Assembly (NCBI RefSeq): GCF_006345805.1
Contig: NC_043022.1
Span: 16,988,001-17,052,000 of the forward strand
Source: Octopus sinensis
Taxonomy: Eukaryota
Reading direction: 5' to 3'
DNA length: 64,000 nt
The translations under genes and the position numbers were made by a program. The notes beneath the pieces are model-generated. The model saw only the letters and a program-made list of their open reading frames with translations, did not search any database and was not told where the DNA came from. Shown here piece by piece: positions 62,201 to 64,000 of this stretch; positions within the stretch are counted from its first letter, which is position 1; each line of letters starts with the position of its first letter.

Positions 62201-64000
62201 TATAAAGAAATTTATGGGGAAACCTTTTCCAAAAGTGAAGGGCAAAGGGCTTCGAAAATTCAAAAGATCCGAGGTTTCCCTCGTAAATTTTGGGAAAATG
62301 GATTTATTTTTCAATGAAATTTTATGGAAATACCCTTCAAAAGGCATACATTACTATTATAAAGAAATTTGTGGGGGAAATCTTTTCCAAAAGTGTAGGG
62401 CAAAGGGCTTCGAAAATTCAATAGATCCGACCTTTTCCCTCGTCAATTTTAGGAAAATGGATTTATTTTGCAAACAAATTTTATGGAAATACCTTTCAGA
62501 TGGCATACATTATGATTATAAAGAAATTTATGGGGGAAACCTTTTCCAAAAGTGAAGGGCAAAGGGCTTCGAAAATTCAAAAGATCCGAGGTTTTCCCTC
62601 GTAAATTTTGGGAAAATGGATTTATTTTTCAATGAAATTTTATGGAAATACCCTTCAAAAGGCATACATTACTATTATAAAGAAATTTATGGGGGAAATC
62701 TTTTCCAAAAGGGTGGGGGAAAGGGCTTCGAAAATTCAATAGATCCGACCTTTTCCCTCATCAATTTTAGGAAAATGGATTTATTTTGCAATGAAATTTT
62801 ATGGAAATACCTTTCAAATGGCATACATTATGATTATAAAGAAATTTATGGGGGAAATCTTTTCCAAAAGTGTAGGGCAAAGGGCTTCGATAATTCAAAA
62901 AATCCGAACTTTTCCCTCGTAAATTTTAGGAAAATGGATTTATTTTTCAGTGAATTTTTATGGAAAACCCTTCAAATGGCATACATTATGATTATAAAGA
63001 AATTTATGGGGGAAATCTTTTCCAAAAGGGTGGGGGAAGGGCTTCGAAAATTCAAAAGATCCAAGCCGTTCCCTCGTAAATTTTAGGAAAATAGATTTAT
63101 TTTCAATGAAATTTTATGGAAATACCTTTCAAATGGCATACATTATGATTATAAAGAAATTTATGGGGGAAATCTTTTCCAAAAGGGGGGGAAAGGGCTT
63201 CAAAAATTCAAAAGATCCGAGGTTTTCCCTTGTAAATTTTAGGAAAATGGATTTATTTTTCAATGAAATTTTATGGAAATACCCTCCAAAAGGCATACAT
63301 TATGATTATAAAGAAATTTATGGGGCAAATCTTTTCCAAAAGGGTGGGGAAAGGGCTTCCAAAATTATAAATAAATCCAAGCCGTTCCCTCGTAAATTTT
63401 AGGAAAATGGTTTTATTTTTCAATGAAATTTTATGGAAATACCCTTCAAAAGGCATACATTACGATTATAAAGAAATTTATCGGGGAAATCTTTTCCAAA
63501 AGGGTGGGGAAAGGGCTTCGAAAATTCAAAAGATCCAAGCCGTTCCCTCGTAAATTTTAGGAAAATGGATTTATTTTTCAATGAAATTTTATGGAAATAC
63601 CCTTCAAAAGGCATACATTACGATTATAAAGAAATTTATGGGGGAAATCTTTTCCAAAAGGGTGGGGGAAAGGGCTTCGAAAATTCAAAAGATCCAAGGT
63701 TTTCCCTTGTAAATTTTAGGAAAATGGATTTATTTTTCAATGAAATTTTATGGAAATACCTTTCAAATGGCATACATTACGATTATAAAGAAATTTATGG
63801 GGGAAATCTTTTCCAAAAGGGTGGGGCAAAGGGCTTCCAAAATTCAAAAGATCCGAGGTTTTCCCTCGTAAATTTTAGGAAAATGGATTTAATTTTCAAT
63901 GAAATTTTATGGAAATACCTTTCAAATGGCATACATTACGATTATAAAGAAATTTGTGGGGGAAATCTTTTCCAAAAGTGTAGGGCAAAGGGCTTCGAAA
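59235..64000. repeat. 159-bp tandem satellite, about 30 monomers, continuing past the window end
   Basis: The GATCC anchor recurs at 59275, 59434, 59590, ... 60051, 60211, 60370 (about 159 bp; one 144-bp deleted unit). Consensus gatccgaggttttccctcgtaaattttaggaaaatggatttatttttcaatgaaattttatggaaatacctttcaaatggcatacattacgattataaagaaatttatgggggaaatcttttccaaaagggtgggggaaagggcttcgaaaattcaaaa. Confidence 0.97.

Noticed and set aside
59197-63614. Repeat-protein CDS or CRISPR array in the satellite
   Set aside because: Head-to-tail monomers without unique spacers, no cas genes, eukaryotic context; frameshifts and non-synonymous variation argue against a CDS.
59235-64000. CENP-B box or NF-kB site in the monomer
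   Set aside because: TTCG is not followed by the A..CGGG spacing, and GGGAAATCTT does not end in CC.

Overview
Eukaryotic, AT-rich, microsatellite- and SINE-dense genomic DNA. The repeat families look like those of an octopod cephalopod (inference from recognition, not a search). The main feature is a complete + strand vigilin (HDLBP/DDP1/Scp160 family) gene. I traced 23 GT-AG coding exons from ATG 18039 to TAA 47485 (3750 nt, 1249 aa, 14 canonical or degenerate KH GxxG loops). A probable non-coding first exon ends at 8548 inside a CpG-enriched promoter-like zone (about 6.0-9.1 kb). Introns and flanks hold tRNA-derived SINEs, RTE/R4/CR1-type LINE ends, TTAA- and TA-flanked MITEs and a Helentron-like element. 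The last 4.8 kb is a 159-bp satellite with higher-order structure that runs off the window. The most interesting unexplained signals are: (1) several minimal hammerhead-ribozyme-like folds, twice in divergent pairs; (2) two genomic A positions in vigilin where A-to-I editing would restore conserved glycines, including a KH GxxG loop; (3) exon boundaries that trace 219-nt KH modules; (4) the higher-order satellite. Exon coordinates were read base by base; most repeat boundaries are approximate.
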